From contig CBDBZU010000004.1 in NCBI GenBank assembly GCA_965213625.1, positions 1,120,001 through 1,184,000 on the forward strand: DNA of 64,000 nucleotides, in the 5' to 3' direction. Source of the DNA: a bacterium. GTDB lineage: Bacteria > UBA8248. Position numbers and translations under genes: made by a program. How positions within the stretch are numbered: position 1 is the first letter of the stretch; every line of letters starts with the position of its first letter. The notes under the pieces are model-generated. The model ran no database searches and had not been told where the DNA came from. It saw only the letters and a program-made list of their open reading frames with translations. Positions 38,050 through 50,622 of this stretch are shown here, in pieces.

Positions 38050-39255
38050 TTAGTTTTCCCCTCCGTGTTCTTCTTTTCCCCGACGCGCGAATTCGTCCAG
38101 AACGGCTAGGCGCGCTCCTTCATCGAGGAGAAAATCCGCGCCCGTCATCGCCAGCGCCTTGGCGCCTGTGAGCAGAACGCGCCTGCCCTCCGCTCCCCCC
38201 GACACTTCGGCGAACTCAGGCGTATGCGCGGAAACGCCTTGGGAAACCATCTGGATTTGCGGATGTATGGTGGGCGTCTGCTGGCTCACGTTTCCCACGT
38301 CCGAAGAACCCATCCGAAGGGGCGGCGGCGAGTCGGGCTCAAAAACGCCGAGTCGGTTCAGGTTTTTCAGGAACAATGACGCCAGTGGAGGGTTGACCCG
38401 CATGGGGGCGTAGGTGATGGGGTTTTTCTCCGTTTCCAGTTCCGCCCCCGTGGCCAGGGCCGCGCCCTCCGCGCAGGCGATGACCCGCGGCACCAGCGCA
38501 TCGAGCCCCTCCAACGTTTCGCTCCTCACGAAAAACCATGCGGAGGCTTTATCGGGGATGATGTTGGGCGCCTCCCCGCCATCGGTGATGACGCCGTGTA
38601 CGCGAACACCCGGGGGGAGCTGCTGCCGAAGCAGGGATATGGCGCCAAACGTGGCGATGAGAGCGTCGAGCGCATTGACGCCTTGCTCAGGCGCCGCGGA
38701 TGCGTGAGAGGCGCGTCCCTTGAAATGAAAGCGGAGTTCGCTTAGCGCGAGAAGATTAATATCTGCCCTGGTCTCGTCCGATGGGTGGATCATCATGGCG
38801 GCGTCCACTTCCCGAAACATGCCGGCTTGCGCCATCAGGACCTTGCCGCCTCCGCCTTCTTCTCCGGGCGTGCCGAAAACGGTGACGCTTCCGTATTCGG
38901 GGCTGAGCGCAGCTATGAGCGCAACGCCGGCGGCCACGCCGGCGACCCCGATGATGTTATGCCCGCAAGCGTGCCCGAGGCCGGGCAGCGCATCATATTC
39001 CGAGAGAAACGATACGGATGGCTTTTCTCCGTCCAGGGCGGGCCTGTCGGCGCGGAAGGCAGTGGGCAGGTTCGCTACGCCCCTGGTAAGTGCGAATCCG
39101 TTGTTCTCCAAATAGGCGCACAGGCGATCGGCCGAGCGGTGTTCTTCGAGGCTCAGTTCCGGGTCTGCGTGAATCGCGAGAGAAAGTGCCCACAGCGCAT
39201 CCGCCTCATCGTCGATCAGCTTCGATATGGCGGTCTTTGCCTCGTTAATATCCAC
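38050..39255 (-). CDS. M20 amidohydrolase (PM20D2/AbgB-like)
   Basis: EYDALPGLGHACGHN, GTPGEE, GSSDVGNVS. Confidence 0.9.
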   Translation of the reverse strand: MDINEAKTAISKLIDDEADALWALSLAIHADPELSLEEHRSADRLCAYLENNGFALTRGVANLPTAFRADRPALDGEKPSVSFLSEYDALPGLGHACGHNIIGVAGVAAGVALIAALSPEYGSVTVFGTPGEEGGGGKVLMAQAGMFREVDAAMMIHPSDETRADINLLALSELRFHFKGRASHASAAPEQGVNALDALIATFGAISLLRQQLPPGVRVHGVITDGGEAPNIIPDKASAWFFVRSETLEGLDALVPRVIACAEGAALATGAELETEKNPITYAPMRVNPPLASLFLKNLNRLGVFEPDSPPPLRMGSSDVGNVSQQTPTIHPQIQMVSQGVSAHTPEFAEVSGGAEGRRVLLTGAKALAMTGADFLLDEGARLAVLDEFARRGKEEHGGEN

Positions 39256-39472
39256 TCAGGCTACCCCTCCAGGGGCGGGCGGGAGGTTCATTATCACCAG
39301 CCTTTCGAGGAGATGTCAACGAATCGCATCGGCACGTTTCGATTGACGAGGACCGATGAAAGGGGCGATACTGCAAACTCCGCCCAGAAGGAGAACAGAC
39401 TTGCTCCCGTTTTTGGCCGCGGCCGCGTTGCCGACGGGCGATTCCGCACCGATTGCATCGCTTCAAGAAGAA

Positions 39473-40162
39473 ATGGATGTGATAAGCCTCGCCACCCAAT
39501 CGGGTGGCATGGTGTTTTTCGTTCTGCTGGTGCTCGTGTTTTTCTCGCTCTCTTCCTGGGCCATCATCATCTGGAAGTTCTGGGAGCTTCGGGGAGCGAG
39601 GCGGCGCTCGGCGATATTCGTCGATGCGTTTTGGCGCTCCAAGCGTCTCGACAGGCTGTTCGCGGAACTCGATCAGTACGAAAGTAGTCCGGTGGGCGAG
39701 GTGTTCGCCGCGGGCTATCAGGAAGCCGAGCAGGTGCTGAAAACGCGCGCTCGGGAGGGGGATGAGGATTCGGCTGTCCTCACCTCGGAAATGACGGGTG
39801 TGGAGAGCGTCGAGCGCGCGCTGAGGCGCGCAGCGAACGAGCAGGTGAGCAGGCTCGAGCGCATGCTGACCTTTCTGGCCACTACGGCGAGCGCCACGCC
39901 GTTCATCGGACTCTTCGGCACAGTCTGGGGCATCATGAATTCGTTTCGCGAGATTGGCGCTCGGGGCTCCGCCGGGCTCGCCGTCGTCGCGCCGGGCATC
40001 AGCGAGGCGCTTATCGCCACGGCGCTCGGGCTTTTGGCGGCCATTCCCGCCGTGATTGCCTACAATCACTATCAGGGCCGCGTGAAGGTGATCGCGGATG
40101 AAATCGAGAACTTTACGGCGGATTTCCTCAACCTGGTCGGCCGCCATTTCATGCGTTTATGA
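39473..40162 (+). CDS. tolQ: TolQ (start may be upstream)
   Basis: PFIGLFGTVWGIM, GISEALIATA. Confidence 0.93.
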   Translation: MDVISLATQSGGMVFFVLLVLVFFSLSSWAIIIWKFWELRGARRRSAIFVDAFWRSKRLDRLFAELDQYESSPVGEVFAAGYQEAEQVLKTRAREGDEDSAVLTSEMTGVESVERALRRAANEQVSRLERMLTFLATTASATPFIGLFGTVWGIMNSFREIGARGSAGLAVVAPGISEALIATALGLLAAIPAVIAYNHYQGRVKVIADEIENFTADFLNLVGRHFMRL

Positions 40163-40177
40163 CGCGGGGAGCTCACC

Positions 40178-40618
40178 TTGGCCGTTAAGCTGAACCGTGG
40201 TTCGAGCATCTCGGACATCAACGTCACCCCGCTCGTGGACGTGATGCTGGTGTTGCTGGTGATTTTCATGGTTACGGCGCCCCTGCTGGAGACGCAGAAC
40301 CAGGCCGTGAACGTGGATTTGCCGCAGGTGCAGGCGGCGAAGTCGAACGTGGCCGAGGATGCCGTCGTCATCACGTTGGACAAAAAACGCGACATGTATA
40401 TAAATGATAATCCGCTGGTCGCCTCCGAATTAAAGGAGAAACTCACGGTGCTCTTCAAGGACAGGAGGCGCAAGGAAATCTTTCTCAGGGCGGACCGCGT
40501 GGTTCCTTACGGCGAAGTGGTGAAGGTCATGGCCATCATTCGCGCGGCGGGCATCAACCGCCTCAATATGGTGACCGACCCCCTGGAATCCTCTCAGGGC
40601 GGGCGGCGCAGACGTTAA
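40178..40618 (+). CDS. tolR: TolR
   Basis: INVTPLVDVMLVLLVIFMVTAP. Confidence 0.93.
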   Translation: MAVKLNRGSSISDINVTPLVDVMLVLLVIFMVTAPLLETQNQAVNVDLPQVQAAKSNVAEDAVVITLDKKRDMYINDNPLVASELKEKLTVLFKDRRRKEIFLRADRVVPYGEVVKVMAIIRAAGINRLNMVTDPLESSQGGRRRR

Positions 40619-40632
40619 AAGTCAGTGGCCCC

Positions 40633-41694
40633 ATGAATGAACTACCCGAGTTCTCGCAAGATACCAATTCTTCCGGCGCACGTTCACGCCGCTCGGGCGC
40701 AGGCCTTCGGGGGGTGAACGGCAAGAGGGACGGGTTGCTCTGCGATCGACGGTTTCTCTGGGCGCTGGGGATTTCCGTTTTTCTGCATACTACATTATTC
40801 GCTTGGGTGAGCATGGCGCCCTCTCAGCCGCAATACCGGTTTTTCGGCAGCGGTACGGCCGTCAGCCTGGTGGGAGCGGATGAAATTCCGGGTGGTTCGG
40901 CTCTGGGAAAATCCGGCGATCGGCCAGAAGACATGGAAGCGCCCGCTCCAAAAAAAGGGCCGGACGAGGGGGCGAGGAAGATAGCGGCGCCCAAGAAAAA
41001 ACCCGCGCCCGCCAAGGTGAAGAAGAAAAAGGTCGTCAAGAAGAAAACTCCTTCCAAGGAAGTCCGGCGCATCAAGGCAAAGAAAGATAAAAGAAACAAA
41101 AAGATCGTTCGGAAAAAGAAAAAGCGCGACCCTGTGCGCGAAGCGCGACTCAAGCGGATACGAGAGCGCCGTGCGCGGGCCAGGCGTTGGCGCAATCGAT
41201 TCAAGAAAAACGAAAAAATCAATCCGGCTAAAGCGAAAAAACGCCCCCGCGATGATTGGAAGGGCGATGAGCGCCTGGCGAAAGCGGACGTAGCTCCCAA
41301 GCGCCGGGCGCCTTCAAAGGGATATGCCGGCGAGGGGGGAGGCGACGGCCAGGGCGGCGGCAGCCGAGGTGGCGGCGCAGGCGGCGTCGCGCGAACGGAC
41401 AAGGCAAGATATTATGGGCTTCTGGCGGAGCGAATTCGGGGTTTGTGGACGGTGCCGCCCGGCATCACCGATCTGAGCCGGCTCAAGACCATCGTCACGA
41501 TAGACATAAGCCGGGAAGGAAATTATCGCAATTTGCGAATCATGGAATACAGCGGGAGTCACGTTTACGATCAGGCGGCGCTGCGCGCCGTGGAGCGGGC
41601 CGTCAAGCCTTCCCCGCCCAGACCGCCCGATTCGATAAAGGAAAAATGGCTTTTGCTCGGTTTCCGGTTCTGTGGAAGTGGTTTTTGCCGTTGA
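40633..41694 (+). CDS. tolA: TolA/TonB-like energy transducer
   Basis: TM with SxxxH, K/R-rich linker, TonB-C-like YDQAALRAV; operon position. Confidence 0.8.
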   Translation: MNELPEFSQDTNSSGARSRRSGAGLRGVNGKRDGLLCDRRFLWALGISVFLHTTLFAWVSMAPSQPQYRFFGSGTAVSLVGADEIPGGSALGKSGDRPEDMEAPAPKKGPDEGARKIAAPKKKPAPAKVKKKKVVKKKTPSKEVRRIKAKKDKRNKKIVRKKKKRDPVREARLKRIRERRARARRWRNRFKKNEKINPAKAKKRPRDDWKGDERLAKADVAPKRRAPSKGYAGEGGGDGQGGGSRGGGAGGVARTDKARYYGLLAERIRGLWTVPPGITDLSRLKTIVTIDISREGNYRNLRIMEYSGSHVYDQAALRAVERAVKPSPPRPPDSIKEKWLLLGFRFCGSGFCR

Positions 41695-41738
41695 TGCGAG
41701 AACAAATTCAAGTTGGATCAGACAAACGGGAGGTTCGT

Positions 41739-43043
41739 ATGCTTCGTTGGGCGATTTTACTCATCACCTTGTTGCTCGCTTGGCCGCAAGCCGCGGACGC
41801 CCAGCGCGAGATAATCGACTTTTACTCCCCGACCGCCAGAAAGACACGATTGGCTATCCCTGAGTTCCGCCCCCTTGGTTCTGAGCGCGACCCGTTGGGT
41901 CTGAAGATCGCGCAAGTCATCGAATCCGACCTCAAGCGCAGTGGCTTGTTCTTTATTCCTAACCGCAAGGGTTACCTGGAGAATCCCCTGAGCGCTGGTA
42001 TTCGAAAGGACGAGCAGCGTTTCTCCGACTGGAGCAAGGTGGTCAAGGTGGAATACCTCATCAAGGGCGGCTACACTGTTTCCGGAAAAACCATTACGGC
42101 AGAAGTCTACCTGTACGATACGCTTCGTTCGGCCCAGGAACTCGGCAAGCGCTACCGCTACTCAAAGAGCGGCTGGCGTTTACTGGCCCACCGGTTCGCC
42201 AACGCGGTGATCGAGCGCTTCACGGGCGAAAAGGGAGTGTTCGACACGCAAATCGCATTCGTCTCGAGGCGCTCGCTCAAGGATCGCGGAAAGATCTACA
42301 TCATGGACTGGGACGGGGCCGAACTGAGGCGCGTGACGCGCAACGGCATGGGGAACAACACGCCCGCCTGGTCTCCGGACGGAAGATGGATGGCCTATTC
42401 TTCGTTCAAATCCAGGCCGCCCGGCGTTTTCTTGCTGCCCACGAACGGCGCGCGCGAGTTCAAGGTGAGTTCTTCTCGCGCGCAGGCTATCGGAGGCGCC
42501 TTTTCTCCGAATTCGCGCTACTTCGCGTTCGCCGAGTTCGTGGGGCGAAACTATGAGATTTTCCGCTACGATTTGCGCACCCGCGTGAAGAGGAGGCTCA
42601 CGCGAAGCTTCGGGATCGACGTGTCTCCCACGTTTTCGCCGGACGGTAAAAAAATCGCCTTCACGTCGAGCCGATCGGGGAATCCCCATATTTACGTCAT
42701 GAACGTGGACGGCTCCAGCCCGAAGCGCATCACTTTCAAGGGAAAATACAATACCGAACCTGAATGGAGCCCCCGGGGGGATAGAATCGCCCTCACGAGC
42801 CGCATCAAACGGGGGAAGGAGATCGACATCGCCACCATGAACGTCGACGGCACCGGTCTTCGCCGCCTCACGGGCAGCCAGGGTCGAAACGAATCTCCCA
42901 CCTGGTCTCCCGATGGTCGGCACATCGCCTTTTCCTCCGACCGGACCGGCAGGAAACATGTATACGTGATGACCTCCGCAGGCACGCAACTCAAGCAACT
43001 TCAGCCAGGACAGGAACCCGCCTGGTCACCCACCTCGAGATGA
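41739..43043 (+). CDS. tolB: TolB beta-propeller protein
   Basis: AHRFAN, repeated P-W/F-SPDG motifs. Confidence 0.93.
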   Translation: MLRWAILLITLLLAWPQAADAQREIIDFYSPTARKTRLAIPEFRPLGSERDPLGLKIAQVIESDLKRSGLFFIPNRKGYLENPLSAGIRKDEQRFSDWSKVVKVEYLIKGGYTVSGKTITAEVYLYDTLRSAQELGKRYRYSKSGWRLLAHRFANAVIERFTGEKGVFDTQIAFVSRRSLKDRGKIYIMDWDGAELRRVTRNGMGNNTPAWSPDGRWMAYSSFKSRPPGVFLLPTNGAREFKVSSSRAQAIGGAFSPNSRYFAFAEFVGRNYEIFRYDLRTRVKRRLTRSFGIDVSPTFSPDGKKIAFTSSRSGNPHIYVMNVDGSSPKRITFKGKYNTEPEWSPRGDRIALTSRIKRGKEIDIATMNVDGTGLRRLTGSQGRNESPTWSPDGRHIAFSSDRTGRKHVYVMTSAGTQLKQLQPGQEPAWSPTSR

Positions 43044-43089
43044 AATCTCGTAAATCGGGCAATATCTATCGAAAAAACAAGAAATAGAC

Positions 43090-43118
43090 TTGCCCATCAC
43101 GCATTCGGCCATTATACT
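43090..43118 (+). promoter_or_regulatory. Sigma70-like promoter for pal
   Basis: TTGCCC-17 bp-TATACT. Confidence 0.55.
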
Positions 43119-43231
43119 TTGCTTGCAAATGTCTGTGGATGAATGAAGAGGGGAAGAGTTTCCGCTCCGTGTAGTATCACGCTTCTCACTCTGAACATAT
43201 ACGAACGAGAGACTCCGAGGGGGATGTCTGC

Positions 43232-43822
43232 ATGTTGTTATCGGGCCGCATTAAATCTTTTCAATCATTGTTGATGACTGCGATGCTCGTATTCGCAGTG
43301 GGTTGTGTGAAACAAACGGTGGAAACCGAAGAACTACCGCCGCCCAAACCGCCGGCTCCCATGGTGAGAAAAAAGCAGCCTCCTAAACCCGTGATGAAAA
43401 AAGAAATGGACGTAACGGAGATGGAGCGTCGTCGCAAGCGCGCCGCTTTCAAGCGCTCGTTGGCCGAGTTTGAAAACGATCTGGTGTATTTCGATTTCGA
43501 TAAATCGGAAGTCCGCCCCGACATGCGCGCGGTCCTGGACGCCAAGGCCCGCTTCCTGCAGGAGTTTCCCAGCATTCGCGTGCAGATCGAGGGACATTGC
43601 GATGAGCGCGGAACGGTGGAATACAACATCGCGCTCGGGCACAGGCGTTCACAAAGTTCCAGAGATTATCTCGTCTCGCTCGGTGTGAAGCCTTCCCGGG
43701 TTGATACGGTGAGCTATGGCGAGGAGCGTCCGGCCGACTCGCGTTCCAACGAAGCGGGATGGGCCAAGAACCGGCGGGCGAAGTTCAACGTCATCGGCGG
43801 CATTCCGGCGGGCATGAATTAG
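43232..43822 (+). CDS. pal: Peptidoglycan-associated lipoprotein
   Basis: Lipobox AVGC; YFDFDKS, EGHCDERGTVEYN, SYGEERP. Confidence 0.95.
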   Translation: MLLSGRIKSFQSLLMTAMLVFAVGCVKQTVETEELPPPKPPAPMVRKKQPPKPVMKKEMDVTEMERRRKRAAFKRSLAEFENDLVYFDFDKSEVRPDMRAVLDAKARFLQEFPSIRVQIEGHCDERGTVEYNIALGHRRSQSSRDYLVSLGVKPSRVDTVSYGEERPADSRSNEAGWAKNRRAKFNVIGGIPAGMN

Positions 43823-43851
43823 TCGCTCGGCTGTCCTGCGCATAAGAAAAG

Positions 43852-43890
43852 GGCTCCCCGTCGGCACATGCCGCCGGGGAGTTTTTCTTT
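43852..43890 (+). terminator. Intrinsic terminator or attenuator after pal
   Basis: ctccccg...cggggag hairpin followed by tttttcttt. Confidence 0.65.
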
Positions 43891-44892
43891 ATGAAAACCT
43901 TCAGGATTTCCAGACTTAAAGCGTTTTCGTTGGTTGTGCTGTCTTTTGTTTTGCTTGGTTGCCCCGAGGCGGATTCCCCTGTGGGCGGCCCGAGTAAAGT
44001 CATCCCGGCAACTCCTCCCGCGCCGCCCGCTCAGGTCGCTGCGCAGAATCAATCGGTGGATGTTGCGGCTATCGAGAAAAATCTGCGAGGCCTCAGGCAC
44101 GGGATGCGAAATCAGGAGCAGCGCATCGAGGAAGCGCGCGAAGTGATCCAGGGGATTACGGATGAGGTAGAGCGCGCACGGAAAGATTCTGAGGAATCTC
44201 TCGAAAAAGCCGGGAAGACCATCGCGAAACTTCAGGAACGGATCGAAAAGCTCGAAAACGAGATGAAACAGTTGCGCTCGAAGGCTCCTTTGGTGGCTGC
44301 GCAGAAAAAGGAGGAAGTTGTCGTCACGCCGGTGGGTTCGCCGTCCCGGATGTTGCCTGTAGGCGCTCCTCCCGCCAACATGCTGATTGCATCTGCAGGC
44401 TTACCGCAAAACCGGGAGACTGGAGACGTGGGCGTGCCTGCCCCGGACAAGCGCGTCTCCGTAATACCCCCGGAGCCGGTGGTTCAAACACCCGAGCCTC
44501 CACCCGCGCCGAAGCTTCCCGACCCGGAAGAGGACTATACCCAGGCCATTCGCGTCTTGCGCGATGAGAAAAATTTCGTGAAGTCGCGCGATCTGCTGAA
44601 TAAGTTCATCTCAAAATACCCCACGCATGAATTGGCGGATGATGCGCAGTACTGGATAGGGCAGTCCTATTTTCAGGAGAAGAGTTTTGAGCGGGCTATC
44701 CTGGCGTTCAACAAAGTGCAGGTCGATTACGCCAACGGAGACAAGGCGCCGGAGGCCCTGCTTCTGGAAGCGCTGTCGTTTTTGAACATAGACGATCGCG
44801 CGAGCGCCCGGGAGTTGCTTGGCCAGGTGATTGCCAAATATCCCGATTCGAGCGCGGCGTCCACCGCGAAAAAGCGCCTCGAATCGCTCTGA
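43891..44892 (+). CDS. cpoB: Tol-Pal protein CpoB/YbgF
   Basis: Lipobox-like LLGC, coiled coil, TPR AQYWIGQSYF, KAPEALL. Confidence 0.88.
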   Translation: MKTFRISRLKAFSLVVLSFVLLGCPEADSPVGGPSKVIPATPPAPPAQVAAQNQSVDVAAIEKNLRGLRHGMRNQEQRIEEAREVIQGITDEVERARKDSEESLEKAGKTIAKLQERIEKLENEMKQLRSKAPLVAAQKKEEVVVTPVGSPSRMLPVGAPPANMLIASAGLPQNRETGDVGVPAPDKRVSVIPPEPVVQTPEPPPAPKLPDPEEDYTQAIRVLRDEKNFVKSRDLLNKFISKYPTHELADDAQYWIGQSYFQEKSFERAILAFNKVQVDYANGDKAPEALLLEALSFLNIDDRASARELLGQVIAKYPDSSAASTAKKRLESL

Positions 44893-46992
<2,100 letters not shown>

Positions 46993-47080
46993 CCTGCGTT
47001 TGCTCCTTTTTCTATGATCTAAGGCATATGTCACGTAACCACATGAACCGACACATCTTTATTCTCATGGTAACCTTCTC

Positions 47081-47962
47081 ATGAGCCGGGTTCGCAAGGC
47101 TGTTTTTCCCGTGGCGGGGCTCGGTACGCGGTTTTTACCCGCCACAAAGGTGATCCCGAAAGAGATGCTTCCCATCGTGGACATTCCGCAAATCCAGTTC
47201 GGCGTGCAGGAGGCCCTGGATGCCGGCATCGAGGAGATCGTTTTCATCACCGGACGCGGAAAGGTCTCTATGGTGGACTACTTCGACGTCGCCTTCGAGG
47301 TGGAATCCTATTTGCGCGACAGGGGTGAGGAGCGATTATTGGCCGTGGTAGAGGAAATCTCGCAAAAGGCACGCATAACGTCCATCCGCCAAAAGCGTCC
47401 TTTGGGGCTGGGCCATGCGATATGGTGTGCGAAGCCGGCCGTGGGAGATGAGCCCTTCGCCGTTATATTGTCCGATGACGTTATCCGGAGCAAAGAGCCC
47501 GCCATCGGCCAGTTGGTCCGTGTATTCGAGGCGCATGGCGGTGGTGTGGTCGCGGGTCTTCGGGTAGAAAAACACGCGCTTTCCAAATACGGTGTCATCG
47601 AACCTTCCGGTGAGCCGTCGCCTGCCCCTGGCGTCACGCCGCTCAAGGGTATGGTGGAAAAGCCGGAACCGGAAGATGCGCCCTCAGATGTCGCCATTAT
47701 CGGTCGCTACGTTTTGCCGCCCGAGGTTTTCGCAATCCTCGAACGTGTAAGGCCGGATGCGAAAGGAGAAATTCAGCTTACCGACGGGTTGCGGGGGCTA
47801 TTGAAGCGTACCAGTCTTTTCGCCTATGAGTTTGAGGGAAAGCGCTTTGATGCAGGTGACAAACTTGGTTTTTTGGAGGCGACGGTCGAGTTCGCCCTGG
47901 AGCGTGAGGATATCGGCCCCGCATTTCGGAATTATTTAAGGAGATTGACAGCCTCATGGTAG
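47081..47962 (+). CDS. galU: UTP-glucose-1-phosphate uridylyltransferase
   Basis: AGLGTRFLPATK, VEKP, GEIQLTD. Confidence 0.96.
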   Translation: MSRVRKAVFPVAGLGTRFLPATKVIPKEMLPIVDIPQIQFGVQEALDAGIEEIVFITGRGKVSMVDYFDVAFEVESYLRDRGEERLLAVVEEISQKARITSIRQKRPLGLGHAIWCAKPAVGDEPFAVILSDDVIRSKEPAIGQLVRVFEAHGGGVVAGLRVEKHALSKYGVIEPSGEPSPAPGVTPLKGMVEKPEPEDAPSDVAIIGRYVLPPEVFAILERVRPDAKGEIQLTDGLRGLLKRTSLFAYEFEGKRFDAGDKLGFLEATVEFALEREDIGPAFRNYLRRLTASW

Positions 47963-48035
47963 CGGAAGAATCTGCGCCAGACCCCGAACCTCCGGGGCGG
48001 ATACATCTTCAACATTTTCAGCCGGGAGGCATTGA

Positions 48036-49310
48036 ATGATGGATGCCGACCTGCTCTTCCGGTTTATCGCCTTCGTTTTCCTCATGATTTGCTCCGCCGG
48101 ATTCTCGGCCAGTGAGACGGCGCTTTTCTCCCTTCCGCGTCCCCGGGTGCGCGCCATGCGCCGGGAAGGCGGTATGGGCGAACGGATATCCGATCTTCTG
48201 GACAGGCCCAGGCGATTGATCACCTCTATATTGATGGGCAACGAGATTGTGAACATCGCTTCTTCCGCGTTGTTCACGGGCGTCGTGGTGGCTTATCTGG
48301 AGCCCGGGAAGAGGTGGCTCGCGCCCGTGTTCATGACGCCGCTGCTCATGGTATTCGGCGAAATCACGCCCAAATCCCTCGCGGCGCGGTATCCGGAGCG
48401 GTTTTCGCGTTTGCTGGCGTATCCCATATCCGTTTTCGCGCGGGTCATATCGCCTTTGCGGTGGGTCTTTCTGCAGGTGGCGAACGGCGTGCTCTCCATC
48501 CTGCGCGCGCCTTCGCACGATCCGCAGAGCATCTTGATGGAAGACGAGTTTCTGCATCTCGTGGACGCGGGCCATGCCGAAGGCGAACTCGAAGAGGGCG
48601 AGCGCGAACTCATTCACAATGTTTTCGGTTTTCACGACAGGACCGTATCCGATGTGGCCGTGCCCCGCACGGATCTGGAATGTTGGGAGATGAGCCTGCC
48701 TATCGCCGAAGTAATCGATCGCGTTCGCACTGCCACGCATTCGCGCATTCCGATATTCCGGCAAGACAGAGATCAAATAGTGGGCATCTTGTACGTCAAG
48801 GATTTTCTTCGCCAGGCGGGGCGAAAGAATTTTGGCCCAGAGGAGCGTCTGACGAAACAGATGCTGCGCGACCCCCTCATCGTTCCGGGCGGGATGAAGC
48901 TCGACCACCTGTTCCGGCGGTTTCGGCATGAGCGTACCCACGTCGCTATCGTTCAGGACGAGTTCGGCGGCACCCATGGCTTGGTGTCAATGACGGATCT
49001 GCTCGAGGAAATTTTTGGCGAAATCAAGGATGAGCACGAAGAGGTCGAAGAAGCCTGGATTACGGAAGAAGGTGAAGATTCATATCTGTGCCAGGGTCGT
49101 GTTCCCTTGGCCGAATTCTCGGCGGTGAGCGGCTGGGAACTGCCCGACTATGAGGCGGCGAATACGGTAGGCGGCGCTGTCTTCACGCTACTGGGTCATG
49201 TGCCTTCGGTGAGCGAGCGGGTTCGGTTGGGGAACGTGGAATTCACGGTGCTAGAGACGAGTGGTTCTCGTGTTCTCCAGGTGCGCGCGCGAAGACGGGA
49301 GGATGGCTGA
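48036..49310 (+). CDS. CNNM/DUF21-CBS-CorC family membrane protein
   Basis: FSASETALFS, GEITPKS, HSRIP, DEFGG. Confidence 0.92.
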   Translation: MMDADLLFRFIAFVFLMICSAGFSASETALFSLPRPRVRAMRREGGMGERISDLLDRPRRLITSILMGNEIVNIASSALFTGVVVAYLEPGKRWLAPVFMTPLLMVFGEITPKSLAARYPERFSRLLAYPISVFARVISPLRWVFLQVANGVLSILRAPSHDPQSILMEDEFLHLVDAGHAEGELEEGERELIHNVFGFHDRTVSDVAVPRTDLECWEMSLPIAEVIDRVRTATHSRIPIFRQDRDQIVGILYVKDFLRQAGRKNFGPEERLTKQMLRDPLIVPGGMKLDHLFRRFRHERTHVAIVQDEFGGTHGLVSMTDLLEEIFGEIKDEHEEVEEAWITEEGEDSYLCQGRVPLAEFSAVSGWELPDYEAANTVGGAVFTLLGHVPSVSERVRLGNVEFTVLETSGSRVLQVRARRREDG

Positions 49311-50562
49311 AGTGGATATTTTTTCCGTCATCGTCGTCGGCTTCTTCCTCCTCTTGGCGGAGGCGTTGTTCTCGGGCGCGGAGATCGCCATCGTTTCGGC
49401 GGATCGCGCTCGCCTGCGGGCCAAGGCGGAGGGAGGGAACAAAGGCGCGGAGATCGCCTTGCAACTACTTGAAAAACCCGAATGGCTCATGGGCACGATT
49501 CTCACCTGTCATAACGCGAGTTTCGTGACGAACGTTTCCCTGGCCACCATAGCGTCTATCAATTTCGTCGGGCCCGCATACGGCGAAGTGCTTTCGGTCG
49601 CCCTCGTGATTCCGCTCCTCGTGGTGTTCGGAGAGGTAGTCCCCAAGGGCTATTGTCAGGCCCGCGCCGACGTGCTCGCCCCTTTGCTGGCGCGCGTCGT
49701 CTGGGGCGCCAGGCTAATCGTATATCCCTTGGTCTGGCTCATCAGTTCGCTCATCGGCGTCTTTCTGGGGCTGAGAAAACGAAATGGGGAGAGCACCCCT
49801 TTCGTCACGCGGCAGGAACTCGAATCGCTGGTGGAGGAGCAAAGCGACGGAGACGTACAGGTCCTCGAGCGCCAGATGATCGGCCGCATCTTCACTTTCG
49901 GCGAGCTGGACATGGAAAATGTGCTCGTGCCGATCGTGGATCTATCGGCGGTGGATGAAGACGGTACGGTGGAGGAGGTGATACAGCGGATCGAGGACGA
50001 CGGCCACTCCAGGATTCTTGTCTACAGAGAGAACCTGCACCACATCGTCGGCGTTGTTCATGCGAGAGACATACTTGGGCTGGGTCCAGACGCTGCGGGA
50101 TGCCTCAAGGAAAAGGAGGATCTCATCCGAAGCGTCTACTTTGTTCCAGAAACCAAACCAGCCGATAGTCTTCTCGATGAGTTGATGAGCCGAAAGGACA
50201 AAATGGCCGTGGTGGTGGATGAATACGGGGCCTGCACCGGTATCGTAACCATGGAGGATTTGGTGGAGGAGATCGTGGGTGACATAGCCGATGAATACGA
50301 TGTCGACGAGGTCCGTCTGTTCCACAAGTTGGGTGGGGATCAGTATATGGTCGATGCACGCATGGAGGTCGAGGACGTGCGTGAGACGCTTGAGTTGCCC
50401 GTGCCCGATGGAGACTACGAGACGTTGTCGGGTTATCTCCTGGAGCGGTTCGAACGAATTCCAAAAGAGGGGGAGAGCATATCCCTGGAGGGCTGGACTC
50501 TCACTGTGCAATCGGCGAACGAGCGGCAGATAGAGACCGTTCGGCTGGAGCGAAACGGCTAA
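49303..50562 (+). CDS. CNNM/DUF21-CBS-CorC family membrane protein (paralogue)
   Basis: FSGAEIA, GEVVPK, DEYGA, EDLVEEIVG. Confidence 0.92.
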   Translation: MAEVDIFSVIVVGFFLLLAEALFSGAEIAIVSADRARLRAKAEGGNKGAEIALQLLEKPEWLMGTILTCHNASFVTNVSLATIASINFVGPAYGEVLSVALVIPLLVVFGEVVPKGYCQARADVLAPLLARVVWGARLIVYPLVWLISSLIGVFLGLRKRNGESTPFVTRQELESLVEEQSDGDVQVLERQMIGRIFTFGELDMENVLVPIVDLSAVDEDGTVEEVIQRIEDDGHSRILVYRENLHHIVGVVHARDILGLGPDAAGCLKEKEDLIRSVYFVPETKPADSLLDELMSRKDKMAVVVDEYGACTGIVTMEDLVEEIVGDIADEYDVDEVRLFHKLGGDQYMVDARMEVEDVRETLELPVPDGDYETLSGYLLERFERIPKEGESISLEGWTLTVQSANERQIETVRLERNG

Positions 50563-50622
50563 ATAGTGATTTTTGGTTGCGGCTCCGTGATGCGCTCTTT
50601 CGGTCAGAGTCCCTGTCGGTAA

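Noticed and set aside
48036-50562. Tandem CNNM/CorC paralogues as a novelty
   Set aside because: This is a common arrangement in bacteria
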